Source: Callorhinchus milii
Taxonomy: Eukaryota
Assembly (NCBI RefSeq): GCF_018977255.1
Contig: NW_024704743.1
Coordinates: forward strand, 68,202,001-68,266,000
Direction: 5' to 3'
Length of the DNA: 64,000 bases
Notes under the pieces: generated by a model
Database searches by the model: none
Seen by the model: the letters and a program-made list of their open reading frames with translations, nothing else
What the model was told of the DNA's origin: nothing
Part shown: positions 1 to 11,878 of the stretch, in pieces
How the letters are laid out: the number at the start of each line of letters is the position of its first letter
Numbering within the stretch: the first letter of the stretch is position 1
Made by a program: the position numbers and the translations under genes

Positions 1-139
1 GTTTCAAAATTGAACTATTTTATTAGAATACAGTATAAACTCTTACAAAGATTGAGAGAGAGAGAGAGAGAGGGTCCTGCCAACCGCCAGCTCTTGATGC
101 TGCCCTGAGAGGACAGTTTGCTGGGGAGAGAGGGTGCAG

Positions 140-302
140 GCGGCCAAAACGCTTCCTCTTTCCTCTCTCCGCCCTGCCCCCCCCCCACCGTGCGCGATGA
201 CGGTGATGTTGCGCCCCGGGAGGGAGGCGAGGAGAGCGTTGGGCTGCCTATATGCGGTGTCCGTTTGAGGTAGGCTCGGGAAAAAGTTTTGACTGGCAGC
301 CG
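140..302 (+). promoter_or_regulatory. TPK1: CpG-rich putative TPK1 promoter / first exon with two candidate splice donors (exon ends at 269 or 302)
   Basis: The most CpG-dense stretch of the window, with a GC box (CCGCCC at about 169-174) and donor-like sites GAG|GTAGGC (269/270) and CCG|GTGAGT (302/303). The link to TPK1, 26 kb downstream, is an inference. Confidence 0.5.
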
Positions 303-676
303 GTGAGTTCAGCAGCGGCATTACGAGTTACAAGGTTGTTAATATGACTGGTGCATTTAGATTTAAGTGGGTTTAATAGGAAAATGACCGGGACTTGGGC
401 GAGGTTTACTGTATATCAAATGTAATGACTTCTATTATTATTGTTATTATTAATATTAATACAATGAGCACTATATTACTCATGTTTTGAGCGTGCAGCA
501 AGATGCTCATGTGTAGAAATCCAATATTGCCTCTTTTTGCCTCAGAATAAAAGCAAGACAGGAAGTTAGAATCACATTGCTGAGTTGTCATGGATGAAGT
601 TTGCTCCCAGCGGCAGGAAATGCTCCTGTTTTGATGTGCACAGTATTCGTTTGGCTTTGGGTTCCATTTTCCGCCA

Positions 677-1041
677 TAGAGCACTCGCCTCGCAAGCGAG
701 AGACCCAGGTTCAATTCCCGGCAGGGCAAAATGTTGGGCAAGTTTCCTTACTCCACACGCCTCTGTTTACCTAGCAGTAAGTAGGAACCCAGTTGTTAGT
801 TGATTGGTGGATCGCTTTTCTGGGGGTAATAGTTCCTTAAAAATATCAAAAAAATTGGTAACTTACCCTGTGTTTGGAATGGAAGTGAGTGTTTGTGGGA
901 CACTGCTGTGTGCAATTAGTTGCTGTGTTTCGCCCACAAAGTATATAGTCAATTCACTTTACAGTATATTCTGTGAAGTGCTTTGAGACGTCTCGAAGAT
1001 GTGGTAAGGCGCTGTATCAAATGCAGGAATTATTATTATTA
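677..1041 (+). mobile_element. tRNA-Ala-derived SINE with Deu-like core and L2 tail (long subfamily)
   Basis: Head with anticodon arm and B box GGTTCAATTCC, core TTTGTGGGACACTGCTGTG..CAATT.GCTGC, tail GCGCT.TATCAAATGCA.GGA(TTA)n. Many copies in the window. Confidence 0.9.
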
Positions 1042-2685
1042 TAGATTTCTTTTGATCAGAGCAAAACTTTGTTCAGGATGCACAACAGTTACTACACTAT
1101 TGCATGTCCCTTGCCCCACTCTTGGTGGTTAAGCTTTCTGCTACTGTGGCCTCGCTTTCTGGAATTTCCTCCCAAAATGTTTTCACCTCACAGTTTCCTC
1201 AAAACCCTACTAAAAACCTACCTCTTTTGGCTATGCTTTTGGTAACATCCTTCCTTTTACCCCCACAACCCCCCCATTCCCCCTCTCCTCACCCTTTCTG
1301 GAAAATGTTTTGACATATTATCCTGTGTGAAAGGTGCCACATAGATGCAACTTCTTATTATAAACATCAATTTTAATAATAAAAATAATAATTCTTGCAT
1401 TTGAGATATTGTGTTTCATGTTGGGCGGACGTTTCAAAATGCTTCACAGGATATACGATAAAGTGGAGTAATCATGTGTTTTATTGATGAAATTTGAAGT
1501 GTGGCTCTGGTTTGTATTTGTACTAATTTGAAGAATTACCTATATTCCTGTTTTAGGTCTTCGTAACATGAACCAATATTACCCAAATGCCAGCTGACTA
1601 AGTGAACCGCTACTGTTTTATCGTTCAAAGTAGTCCTAACGTCTAGTGATTCTCATTAATTTTCATCAAACGCTTCTATTTTGGTCGCACAAAATATCAA
1701 TGGATATGCTTGTGACCTGGAGATGCTCATTACAATAGCATCCTTAGCAGAAGTGTTTTGCAAGTTTTCTGTGCAGTCTTGGCTGATATGCCAGGCGATA
1801 TAATAAGTTTCCTGAGCTGAGGGAGGGATCAGCAAGTGAGCAGAAGTTTTGTTTTGGGTGCACTTTATACTCCAGCTGTTGGATCCAGAGCCACAGAAGT
1901 TAAGATCTCTGTGGAACCCATTTCCAGTCCATGTCATTTTCAAGCTTTCTTGTGTTTTTCACCTTGTTCTTCTGTGTATTTCCACTTGTAATCACAATGG
2001 GAACACAACAGTGAGAGATGAATTGCACGTTGCACTGTGTTTCATCTTTCTCTCAGGAGTGTGTATAAGGCAAAATACTGATCTTGTTGTACCTGCTTTA
2101 CATTGTAGGAGCACAGACCAAATGGAGGTGCTGAAAACAGACATCCTTATGGAGATGGTCTAGGTCTGCCTCAGATACCTTGGAAAAGTGAGGATTTCTT
2201 GCTACATGTAATGTATAATTGTATTTTTTTCCCCTTTGCATGTCCCTATTTTTGCTGAATTATTCTTTACTGAAATACCAGTTTTGGAATGGCATCTATT
2301 CCAGACATGTATGGTGATGTGGGGTTGAATTTCACGTAAATGCGGTGATGAATTTTGCACATATACCCTTTCTCTTCTAGATTCTCCTCTAGAGTTCATA
2401 GAGAAGCTAAAGCACAGTAATGTAGGCTGAGAGCAGTGTTTGATTGTTAGACAACTCTATGTTCATGCTGTTTCTAGTTTCTGCTACATATTTTGTTTCA
2501 GGCCCACCCTCAAAATACTTTCCCTCAACCAATCTATTTTCCCTATCTTCTCTAACCTATCTCAAACCTCCTTTTCCTTTCCAAGATTCTGGAATGAGTT
2601 ATTACTCATAACTTAGTTATGAGCTCCACTCTTTCCTCTCCCAGCACTCCCTGCATTAACCCCTCCAATATGGTTTTCGCCTTGC

Positions 2686-3242
2686 TCACAGTACAGACAC
2701 TGCCCTAGTAAATGTCATGAATGACATTCTGTCCATCTGTGACCAGGGCTGGGCTGTCTCTGCCTCCTTGTCCTGCTTGATCTCTCTGTTGTCTTTGACA
2801 TTGTTGACCATTCTGTTCTTCTCCACCGCCTCTTCTCTCAGCTCACCATTCTCCACAGCTCCACTACCCACAAACTACAACTGATTCAGATCTCCGCCCC
2901 CAGTATTCTCACCCACACTGAGCTCCATACCCCTATCGCACTAGTCCTTGTCAGACTCCACTGGCTTCCTAACACAGACGGGATCGATTACAAGATCCTC
3001 TCACTCGTCTACAAATTCCTTCATGCCCTGGCACCTCCCTACCTTTCTGACCTCTCTCCATTCCATTACCCACTGCCTTCACTCGCTGGCTATGCCTCCT
3101 GCTTGTCCCTTGTCCCCTCCACCATCCGAGGCTGCCCTTTCAGCCACCTCCTGCCTACACCAGAATCGGGCTCTGTCACTGTTAAGCCCTCCGAGATGCT
3201 CCCCCGCATGAATGGCACTATATAAATACAAGTTGCTGTTGT
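2686..3242 (+). mobile_element. L2 LINE fragments (ORF2 pieces and 3' tail)
   Basis: HSTDTALVNVMNDILSICDQG-like and LHWL...IDYKILSLVYK-like segments; tail GGCACTATATAAATACAAGTTG. Confidence 0.75.
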
Positions 3243-3243
3243 G

Positions 3244-3708
3244 GTTTTAGCTGGTTAAATTCCAGTAGTACCCCAACACACATTCTGGAGTCCCCAAGCC
3301 TTGGCTCTTGCCAACATGCACTCTTAAATTAGGTAATAATAATAATCCCTCCAAAAACAATAATAAATTGGTCATTTTCAATCTACGACTGTTTGTGGGA
3401 CATTGCTGTGCGCAATTGGCTGCCGCGTTCGCCCACAAATATACAGTCAATTCACTTTACAGTGTGTTCTGTGAAGCGCTTTAGGATGTCCTCCCAACGT
3501 GAAAAGCGCTATATCAAATGCAAGGATTATTATTATTATTATTAAATTAGGTAAGCATGATTTAGTAAGCATGATCTAGGAAGAGAGTGCACTTTCCATT
3601 CCAAACACAGGGTAATTTCCATGGCATACGTGTGCAGATCTCAGTCTCCTTTGGATACTCTTAAGCCTGGTGATGGATTTCTGCCTGTGTCAGACATCTC
3701 ACTGACCT
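3244..3708 (+). repeat. Unclassified interspersed repeat, copy 1 (interrupted by the headless SINE)
   Basis: Collinear with 63492-63738 (+) and 58915-59130 (-); further fragments near 50655-50716 and 51275-51312. Confidence 0.75.
3334..3543 (+). mobile_element. Headless SINE copy with target-site duplication
   Basis: SINE 3' half only, flanked by the direct repeat TTAAATTAGGTAA (3324-3336 and 3542-3554). Confidence 0.9.
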
Positions 3709-4427
3709 CAAAGAGATCTGAAATTGATCAGTAGAGCAAACACTACTGAATAAACAGCAGACTTGGCTGCACAACTGCAAAACATATTTGGTGGCCTTTT
3801 AAAGCTGACAATCTTTGGAAAAAAATACAGCAAATTGCAGTGAAAAATTAGTGTTCATTTGGATCAGATATAATTGAGTTTTCACTGTATTTTGCACGGA
3901 TTCTGTGAAGGGAAGGATGTTCTGAGGGGGAGAGGGGACAGAAGAATAAAGCACATTTTATTAGCATAAGAGCTTTTAGACCAATGATTACTGATTGTAT
4001 TTTTGACAAGATGTCTGTTCTGCAGTTATTACAGTTAGTCTTGTGTTAGAAGTGACAGATGCATTCTGAATGAAATAATGTGCTCATTTCACAAAAATGA
4101 GTATTGTAGTTTTAAAAGCGCTGATATATAAGATTAATTACCTCTGCCACAGTCTGAGCATGAGCGTAGTGAACAGTGGATTACATTAATCAACTTCTAT
4201 GGTTTTGGACAATATGCTTCTAAGACTTAATTTACAATTGGTTAGCAAAGCTGGAAAGGTATTTGTACTCCATTGTGCATTGCCTGACTTAAATTGTCCA
4301 GCTTGGGTTAAAGAAGGTCTGTGATCTTGTTAATGATGCACTTGTGGTGCAATGGTACCTGCCTGTCAACATTTACAGAGCTGTATCAAACAGTGTACCC
4401 AGGGACTCAGAAAAATTATAGAATGCA

Positions 4428-5540
4428 ACAACAATTTGCATTTATAGCACCTTTCATTCGGGTAGCATCTCGAAGCACTGAACAGTGATATAACTTGACA
4501 CCAGGTCAGGAGAAAGTGGAGGAGGCCGTACGCACAGTTGAATAAGGGTGATTTGAAGACAGGTTAAGAGGGGGCCAAGGTGAAGGATTGAGGCAGGGAG
4601 TTTGGGACATTATGGCTGAAGGCAGTGGTGGAGCGTAGGAGTCCAGGGATGCGAAGAAGGCCCAACCTTGCTGAACAAAGTGGGTGTGTAGAGGAGTCAG
4701 TGCCTTGGGACGTCCTCCCAACGTGAAAGGCGCTATACAAATGTAATCTTGTTGTTGTTGCTGAGCAGGGTGGAGAGGTAGAGCGGTGCTAGGAAATGAA
4801 GTGATTTGTAGGTGAGTGAGAGGATCTTGAAATTGATCTGTTCTGCCACAGGAAGCCAGTGGAGCTTGGCAGGAACTGGGGTGATGGAAGTGTGGAGTTT
4901 GCTACAGGTGGGGATATGGGTAGCAGATTTCTGAATCAACTAGACTTTGTGAATGGTAGAGCTGGGGAGACCGGCGAGGAGTGCATTGGAGAATTTGGAT
5001 AAATCGCATGTGAGACGACTTGGGTTCGATTCCTGGGCAGGGCGAAACATTGGGCAAGTTTCCTTACTCCATGGACCTCTGTTTACCTCGCAGTATGTAG
5101 GAATCCGGTTGTTAGTCGATTGGCGGATCGCTTTTCCGAGGATAATAATCCCTTCAGAAAATAAAAATAAAATAATAATAATTCGGTCACTCAATCTATG
5201 ACTGTTTGTGGGACACTGCTGTGCGCAATTGGTTGCTGCGTTTCGCCCACAAAATATACAGTCAATTCACTTTACAGTATATTCTGTGAAGCGCTTTAAA
5301 ACGTTTCGAAGACATGATAAGGCGCTATATCAAATGCAAGGATTGTTATTATTTATTATTATAAATTGAGGCAGGAGGTGTTGAAAGCATAGATAAGGAT
5401 TTCAGCGGCACTGGGTGTGAAGTATGGTCAAAGGCAGGTGATATTGCAGAAGTGGAGGAAAGAGGTCCTGGTCATTGACCAGATATGGAATAGGAAGGAC
5501 ACCTGGGGATTCAATCTGACCTCTAGGTTATACACAGGTT
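4428..5540 (-). mobile_element. L2 LINE 3' fragment with nested SINE insertions
   Basis: Minus ORF contains ITPVPAKLHWLPVAEQINFKILSLTYKSLHFLAPLYLS, typical of the L2 ORF2 C-terminus. Confidence 0.8.
5005..5360 (+). mobile_element. tRNA-derived SINE (long subfamily) inserted into a minus-strand L2 fragment
   Basis: Partial head, core and tail; ATAAAT on both flanks. Confidence 0.9.
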
Positions 5541-6880
5541 GAGGAGTCTAAGGGGTAGACAGGGGATGTTGGAGTCCCAGATGAGAACATGTTGATGGCG
5601 TCAAGGAGGATGCAGCAGATTAGGAGATGATAGCACAAGGCTTCCAAAAAGCTGTAGGTTTGAGCATTCCCTTATTGCATGGGAGATAACATAGGGTTTC
5701 AGAAAAGCTGTGTATGCATTCCCCTTCTTTACAGAGAGAATGGCAAAAGGTCCCAGAAAAACGGTGATATTTTCATTCTCCTACAGTTTGCGATTCTGAG
5801 TGGTGATCAATCACACTTAATGGCTTATTCAATGTACCAGAGGAGATCCTGCTTGTATGGAACAATGTCCCATAGACAGAAAAAATGAATTGAAATGATT
5901 GGAGAAAATAAGTGAGGTGGAAAAGATTGCTTATTTGGTATTTTGTGCTGATAAAACTTTTTTTTGATCAGCTGAATGTTTGATTGACATGAGGAAACCA
6001 TCATCATGTTTGAGTATCCAAAACAGAGTTCTGCATATATATATATATATGCCACCTACTCACCTCAGACATTTCCCTGTGCCTTTTTCAATGCCCAGAT
6101 GCCAGTAATACAGCCTTTCTATGAGCATTCTGTAAATCCTGTTATTTTTTGAAACATACTTTAAAATGCATTCTCTGTATTTGGTATTGAGTCACTTTGG
6201 TTCTCGTAACCTTTATTTTAATTCTTTGTTGCAAAATCTGGAAATCATTAATTGCAAATAGTCCTTGAAGTTTTGTTGAGAATTTTAGCAACTTTGGATA
6301 GTGGGAGAAAGATAAATTTTGTTGGACAACATTGAAGCACAATTAGTCAGGATTTTAGCCTGAGGTTTAATTAATAATTCTGCAACTACAATTTCAGCCA
6401 TTTAGTCCAGCGAGGCAGTCTTGCTGAATTATGCATTATTCCCCTCGTGCTACATATGATTCTAAGCTAATTTTGACATCACAATGTTACTTTGTTAACA
6501 AAGTCATACAACATATAGTATTGTGAATAGGAGGACTGTTTTAACGCTCCATTTAAATAAGACTGGTTTTATTTGGACTAAGTACGAGCATGCTTTCTAT
6601 AGAATCCAAATGAGTGGTGCTTTTCAAGGTCTCAGCACGGCCTTTCCTAAAAGATCATTGATGTGTAAATATTGAACAGCGGGGAAAAAAAGAAACCTTT
6701 TACTGTACAGAGATATGACAAATTATTATGTTGTAGCATTGAAATCAATCTAAAAGAACTGGATGAATATCTGGTAGCCACAAAATCTAAGGGTTATGTT
6801 GATAGGTAAGAATGGATGCTGTGAGTTATTTGTGAGCTACTGTGGCCATGGAAAATTCATGTCAAGATAGACAATTGGAC

Positions 6881-7078
6881 AATAATAATAATCCCTCCAA
6901 AAACCCAAAACAATAATAAAAAAATTGGTCATTTTCAAACGACGACTGTTTGTGGGACATTGCTGTACGCAATTGGCTGCCGCGTTCGCCCACAAATATA
7001 CAGTCAATTCACTTTACAGTGTGTTCTGTGAAGTGCTTTGGGACATCCTCCCGACGTGAAAAGCGCTATATCAAATGT
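6881..7078 (+). mobile_element. Headless SINE copy
   Basis: Starts at (AAT)nCCCTCCAAAA; core and L2 tail near-identical to 3334-3543. Confidence 0.88.
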
Positions 7079-10000
7079 TTTTTTAAAAAAATTTTAAAAA
7101 AAGGATCTGCAATATCAGATAAGTAACATACAAACAGTTTCAACAACAACAACAACAAATTGCATTTATACATTGCCTTTCATGTCGAAATGGACATCCC
7201 AAGGCACAGGGATCATATCTTCAAAATGTGGACAATGAAAGCAAATAGGAAGTGAGGGAGAACTTTTTTTTATATGTAAAAGGGTGATAGGCATATGAAA
7301 TAAAGCACCAATACACATTGGAGGTGGAACAAGGAATTATAAGGGGTTTCAAAAATAACTAGTGAATTGCTAGATATTGAAGCTGGGGGTTGAAATCAAG
7401 AAGGATGAAAGCAAGGGAATGGGGGTAGAAGGATAACCAAAAGCATGGTCAAAAAGGAAGATCTTGAGATGGGCCTTGAAGGGAAGGAAAGGTTCCATGC
7501 AAGGATAGACCATTAGCAATTTTGTTTCTACATCCAGCTTCTCAAACCAATCGGTCATTACATCTATCTCATCTAATAATCTTGAATTCTTTCAATATCT
7601 AGAAATTCACTGGTTATTTCACTGGCTCTGCACCCGAGATCCTAAACTGTAAAGCGCTCTGAGACATGGAGGACACTGTATAAATCCAAGTTGTTGTTGT
7701 TATATTTTGAAGATATGAACTTGAATTTTGAATATTGAACATGATAGAATTTTTATCTGGATCCAAATTTACTGCATTTGGTATTGAGTCACTAAGGTTG
7801 GCATTGAAAGCACTGTCTGGTAAGCTTTAGGGCTTTAGCATGAGCTCAGTAGGAATAATCCCTGCTCCCAATGACTGGTCTGCTCTCCAGGTCCTGCCGA
7901 TAAGCCAAGCTGGTCTGGCTGTCATCAGGAGTGCCCTGGCGTACTGGGAACCCACCTGTATCAGGAAAACCAGACAACTGAGACCACCACAGAGGGCTGG
8001 CTTGATTCAGGCATTCCATTGCCAAACATGTCACCTTGGAGCCAATTCAGCTTCAAGGAGATCTTGCTTATCCCACTAAGATAGTCACAAATTGGTCATT
8101 TGACAGGTGCAGGTTTGAGTCCTCACTAGATGGTGACAGGTACCAAAACTCCCTGTGAGCTGTCTGGTGGACAGCACAGCTGAGTGTAAAATGCATTGCC
8201 ACCATCCATCTTCCTGCCCACAGCTCGGACACCTCTGCAGTCTCCACTCAAAAGCTGCAGACTCATGGAGGAACCTATGTAGAGTAACTGTTTTGCACCA
8301 CTAGGAGGACTCAAAATTGTGTAACATTGAAGATTGCAGCTTTATAATTTTAGAATAACAAAATATTTAGACATCTGAACATACGTGTATTGCTGTGCGT
8401 TAACTAAATTACTGCTACAAGTTAGTTTCTATACACATTCTCACATAAGTAACTTGTATGGGTTCAATGTCTACCTTCTTCAACTTGAATAACAGTAACA
8501 CGTGTCACACAATCTCCGATTAATGGCATGTAAAGTGCTGGTTTGCAGCTCTTAATGGCTGTTTTCCTGGTCCTACCCGGCAGGAATCGCAAGACTTGCA
8601 TAGCAAGACAACAACAACAACAACAAGATTACATTTGTATAGCGACTTTCACGTCGGGAGGGCGTCCCAAGGAACTGAAACACATTAATTGCACATTCGG
8701 AGAATGTACTGAAATTGGTGTGGGGGATAAAATCTGTGAAATGTTTGCATAAAAGAAAGAGTTGTTGACTTAGTCGTGTTAAAAGCTCTGGCTCTTACCA
8801 AATGGGAACCCACAGGGAATCTTATCTAATAAGTGAAGAACCTGGGCTTGCTCCCAATGAGATTCCTAATTATTTTACAGGAAAATCCCCACTGTTTCTC
8901 TCATCTGTAGGGCAGGTATTGCTTACACAGTATGATACAGCATAAACACAGGCCATTTGACATACAAAGTTTGCCAAGGTGCTTTTTTTTCTCCACTGTT
9001 TGCTTGCACCCCATATCATTAAAAAATCTTCTTTATCAAGCCTCTATTTAATTCCCATTTTACATAATTACTGGACTCTGCTTTGATAATGGTTTGTCAG
9101 AGAGAATATCACATTCAAACCACCCTCTGGGTAAATTAAAACGCTTTGTGATGTGTAGACAAACGTGTAAGTTTAGTCAATTTTAAAAACAGACAGCGGA
9201 GAAGAAAATATTTGGATCTGAATGAAATAGGTTTTCAAAATGGCCACATGACGAGGTGCATTAATTCCTAATGCTGAATATGTAGGTCCTAGCACTGATT
9301 CGCGAATGCTTGCTTGATCATAGTTCAGAAGTGCATGAAACTACAACAATGTGTGGTACAAAGTTCACAAGCAGTGAATGAGCCTAAGAGGCAAGTCAGA
9401 AAAGTGCAACTAGTCGATGAGCTTTATTATGGAGCCTCGTTTCAACTTCTTGTTTCAAAGACGCCAATTAATTGCAGTGCGTTGAATTAAAATGTGACCT
9501 TCTTTTCAGTTGTGGGAAAGATGGGAAGGAATGCTTTGTATAATCAGACAAAACTAATTGCATTGTAGTTTCTTTCCCTGGACTCCAACAAAATGAACAG
9601 AAATAATTACATTGCTGTTAGTCGTAGTTAAGAGTCTGTGTATAATTTGATTAAGTAGTGACTAATTTCTCTGCTAATCTTTATGTGGTTTCCAGGAATG
9701 TTATTATCGATATCAGGGAGGGAGAGTTCTTACGAAATGTTTTTTCTGCACAGGCAGTATGATGACTCTTTAAGTTATAAATGCTGCCTACCTTTTCCAT
9801 AGGTGCATTTTTGTGATAAATATGTGTGGATGGATTTTGGACCTTTTGTGCATTGTTTCTACTATATGTACGGTGATGCTGACCCGCACATTGTGCAGTC
9901 TAGTTGGGCTCAAGTAAGGCTTGAGCAGCACGACCCGAAAGCAGGTTGTATTGATGCCTGGTCACGTATTTAGACCATCTGCATAAATGTAACCAACTTG

Positions 10001-11020
10001 ATTTAGGCTATAGTAGGAAATAGTCTCAATTTTTTTTTTAGGATTCTGCTAGTCAGGCCATAAAATGTTAAGGGACAGTTTTTAATATTAGTAAACAGCC
10101 AGTTGTATGATCAACAGTGCTAGCACCTGATATTGGAGTGTCATTTATGCGTAGAATTCCCCTCAGACCCTGGTTCATTGAGAATGAGAAATATCAGCTT
10201 GACTTTCCCACTTCCAGTTGCTTTACTGTTTGAAATTATATTGCTTGCTTTCAGCAGAGTGTGCTGGCATCTGAAGCAAATGATCGTGAGATATTGGTAT
10301 GAGCTATCTTGGATTGCTTTCAGTTTTGCGATTTTTAATAATACATTTTTAGCCAAGAAATGTTCAGCCCTTCTAGTCTGTTACATCTCACATGTTCATG
10401 AAGGGGTTTCAGTCAGAGCTTGGCACTGTTCTTGGCAGTTTTCTTTGCAAATAAAGAAGTACTGTAAGAAGTACACACACTTCCTCTCGCTGCAGCAATT
10501 GGATTTATTAACTACTAAGGATGGACAGATGAGGATTTGTTTAAAAACTGTTTCCAAAATGCATTTGACTTGGTTTAGATCATTTTTCAAAGCTTTGTCT
10601 GCAACTATCTGTGAGAAAAGTTACAACTCCGTTTGTGCTGTCAATGCTTTGGACTGCATGGGAAAGAAAGATCATGGAGATATTAAAGAATATCAAGGAA
10701 TGTAAAACAAGCAGTGTAGATTCACTGGGGTGTGACCAGGTACAAGAAGTTTCAGTTATTAAGATAAATTTTGGACTTTATTTTTCACTGGAATTAAGGA
10801 GACACCTTCATCATCAAGAAGTCTTATGATAGGATATATAGCAATGGATTATTTCCAATGAGTCAGTAGCAAAAGGCAATCATTCAAGATAAACACAAAC
10901 AGAATCAAAGGGCAGGTTGTATAAAAAACATAGAGAGAAAGGATGGTTGGAATATGGATTTCTCTGCACAGTCATCACTGAGGCAAAGTACTTTATTATT
11001 TTAAATAATGTTAATAATAA

Positions 11021-11644
11021 TGATCCTTAATTTGGTATAGAACCTTTCACTTTGGGATGATGTCCCAAAGCACTTTACAGGATATACTGTAAAGTGAGCT
11101 GACTGTGTGGTTTTGGGCAAATGCGGAAACCATTTTACACACAGCAAAGTCTATACAAGCATCCGTGAAATAAATGACCAATTTTATTTGGGGAATTTAT
11201 TGCCCAGATCACTGTGAGAAACTCTCTTCTCTTAATGAATACCGCATGGAGTTGTTAACATCCACCTGAACAGGCAGATGTGGCCTTCGATTTAACTTAT
11301 TATCCAAAGGATGGCACACCCAGCAATAATAATAATAATAATAATAATCCTTGCATTTGATATAGCGCTTTTCACGTCGGGAGGACGTCCCAAAGCGCTT
11401 CACAGAACACACTGTAAAGTGAATTGACTGTATATTTGTGGGCGAACGCGGCAGCCAATTGCGCACAGCAATGTCCCACAAACAGTCGTGGATTGAAAAT
11501 GACCAATTTATTATTGTTTTTGGTTTTGGAGGGATTATTATTATTATTATTAGGCAATGCATCAGAATCCAGCACTGCATTGGACTGTCAGCCTAGAATC
11601 TATGAGTTTCAAGTCCCGATACGGGGCTTGAACCCACAAGCCTG
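11021..11644 (-). mobile_element. Older tRNA-derived Deu-domain SINE (SacSINE1-like), interrupted by the headless SINE
   Basis: Collinear with 18161-18578 and 20114-20559 on both sides of the insertion. Confidence 0.75.
11325..11553 (-). mobile_element. Headless SINE copy nested in an older Deu-SINE
   Basis: Reverse complement of the 3334-3543 unit; GCAAT on both flanks. Confidence 0.9.
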
Positions 11645-11878
11645 AAATGTGGCAGCCAATTGCATACAGCTGTGTCCCACAAACAATCGTGGATTAAGTG
11701 ACCAAATTATTTTTTTTACTCTTGGAAAGCAATCCGCAAATTGATTAAACAACCGGGTTCCTACTTACTGCTCAGTAAACAGAGGCGTGTGGAGTAAGGA
11801 AACTTACCTGAGGGAATCGAACCCAGGTCCTCTCGCTTGTGAGGCGAGTGCTCCAACTAATGTGCTACAGAACTTCAT
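11645..11878 (-). mobile_element. tRNA-Ala SINE (long subfamily), 3'-truncated
   Basis: Reverse complement of the head, spacer and core. Confidence 0.85.

Noticed and set aside
3247..3450. Recurrent peptide [21 protein letters not shown] in several ORFs, suggesting a gene family
   Set aside because: It is the antisense translation of the SINE core.
9803..9913. Possible 5' UTR exon (TTTTCCATAG ... CAA|GTAAGG)
   Set aside because: Splice-like motifs only; expected by chance in a 26-kb interval.
10133..10705. 190-codon ORF
   Set aside because: TTG start, no recognisable motif, composition like intronic DNA, and the 3' end runs into a CR1-like remnant. A BLASTP search would settle it.
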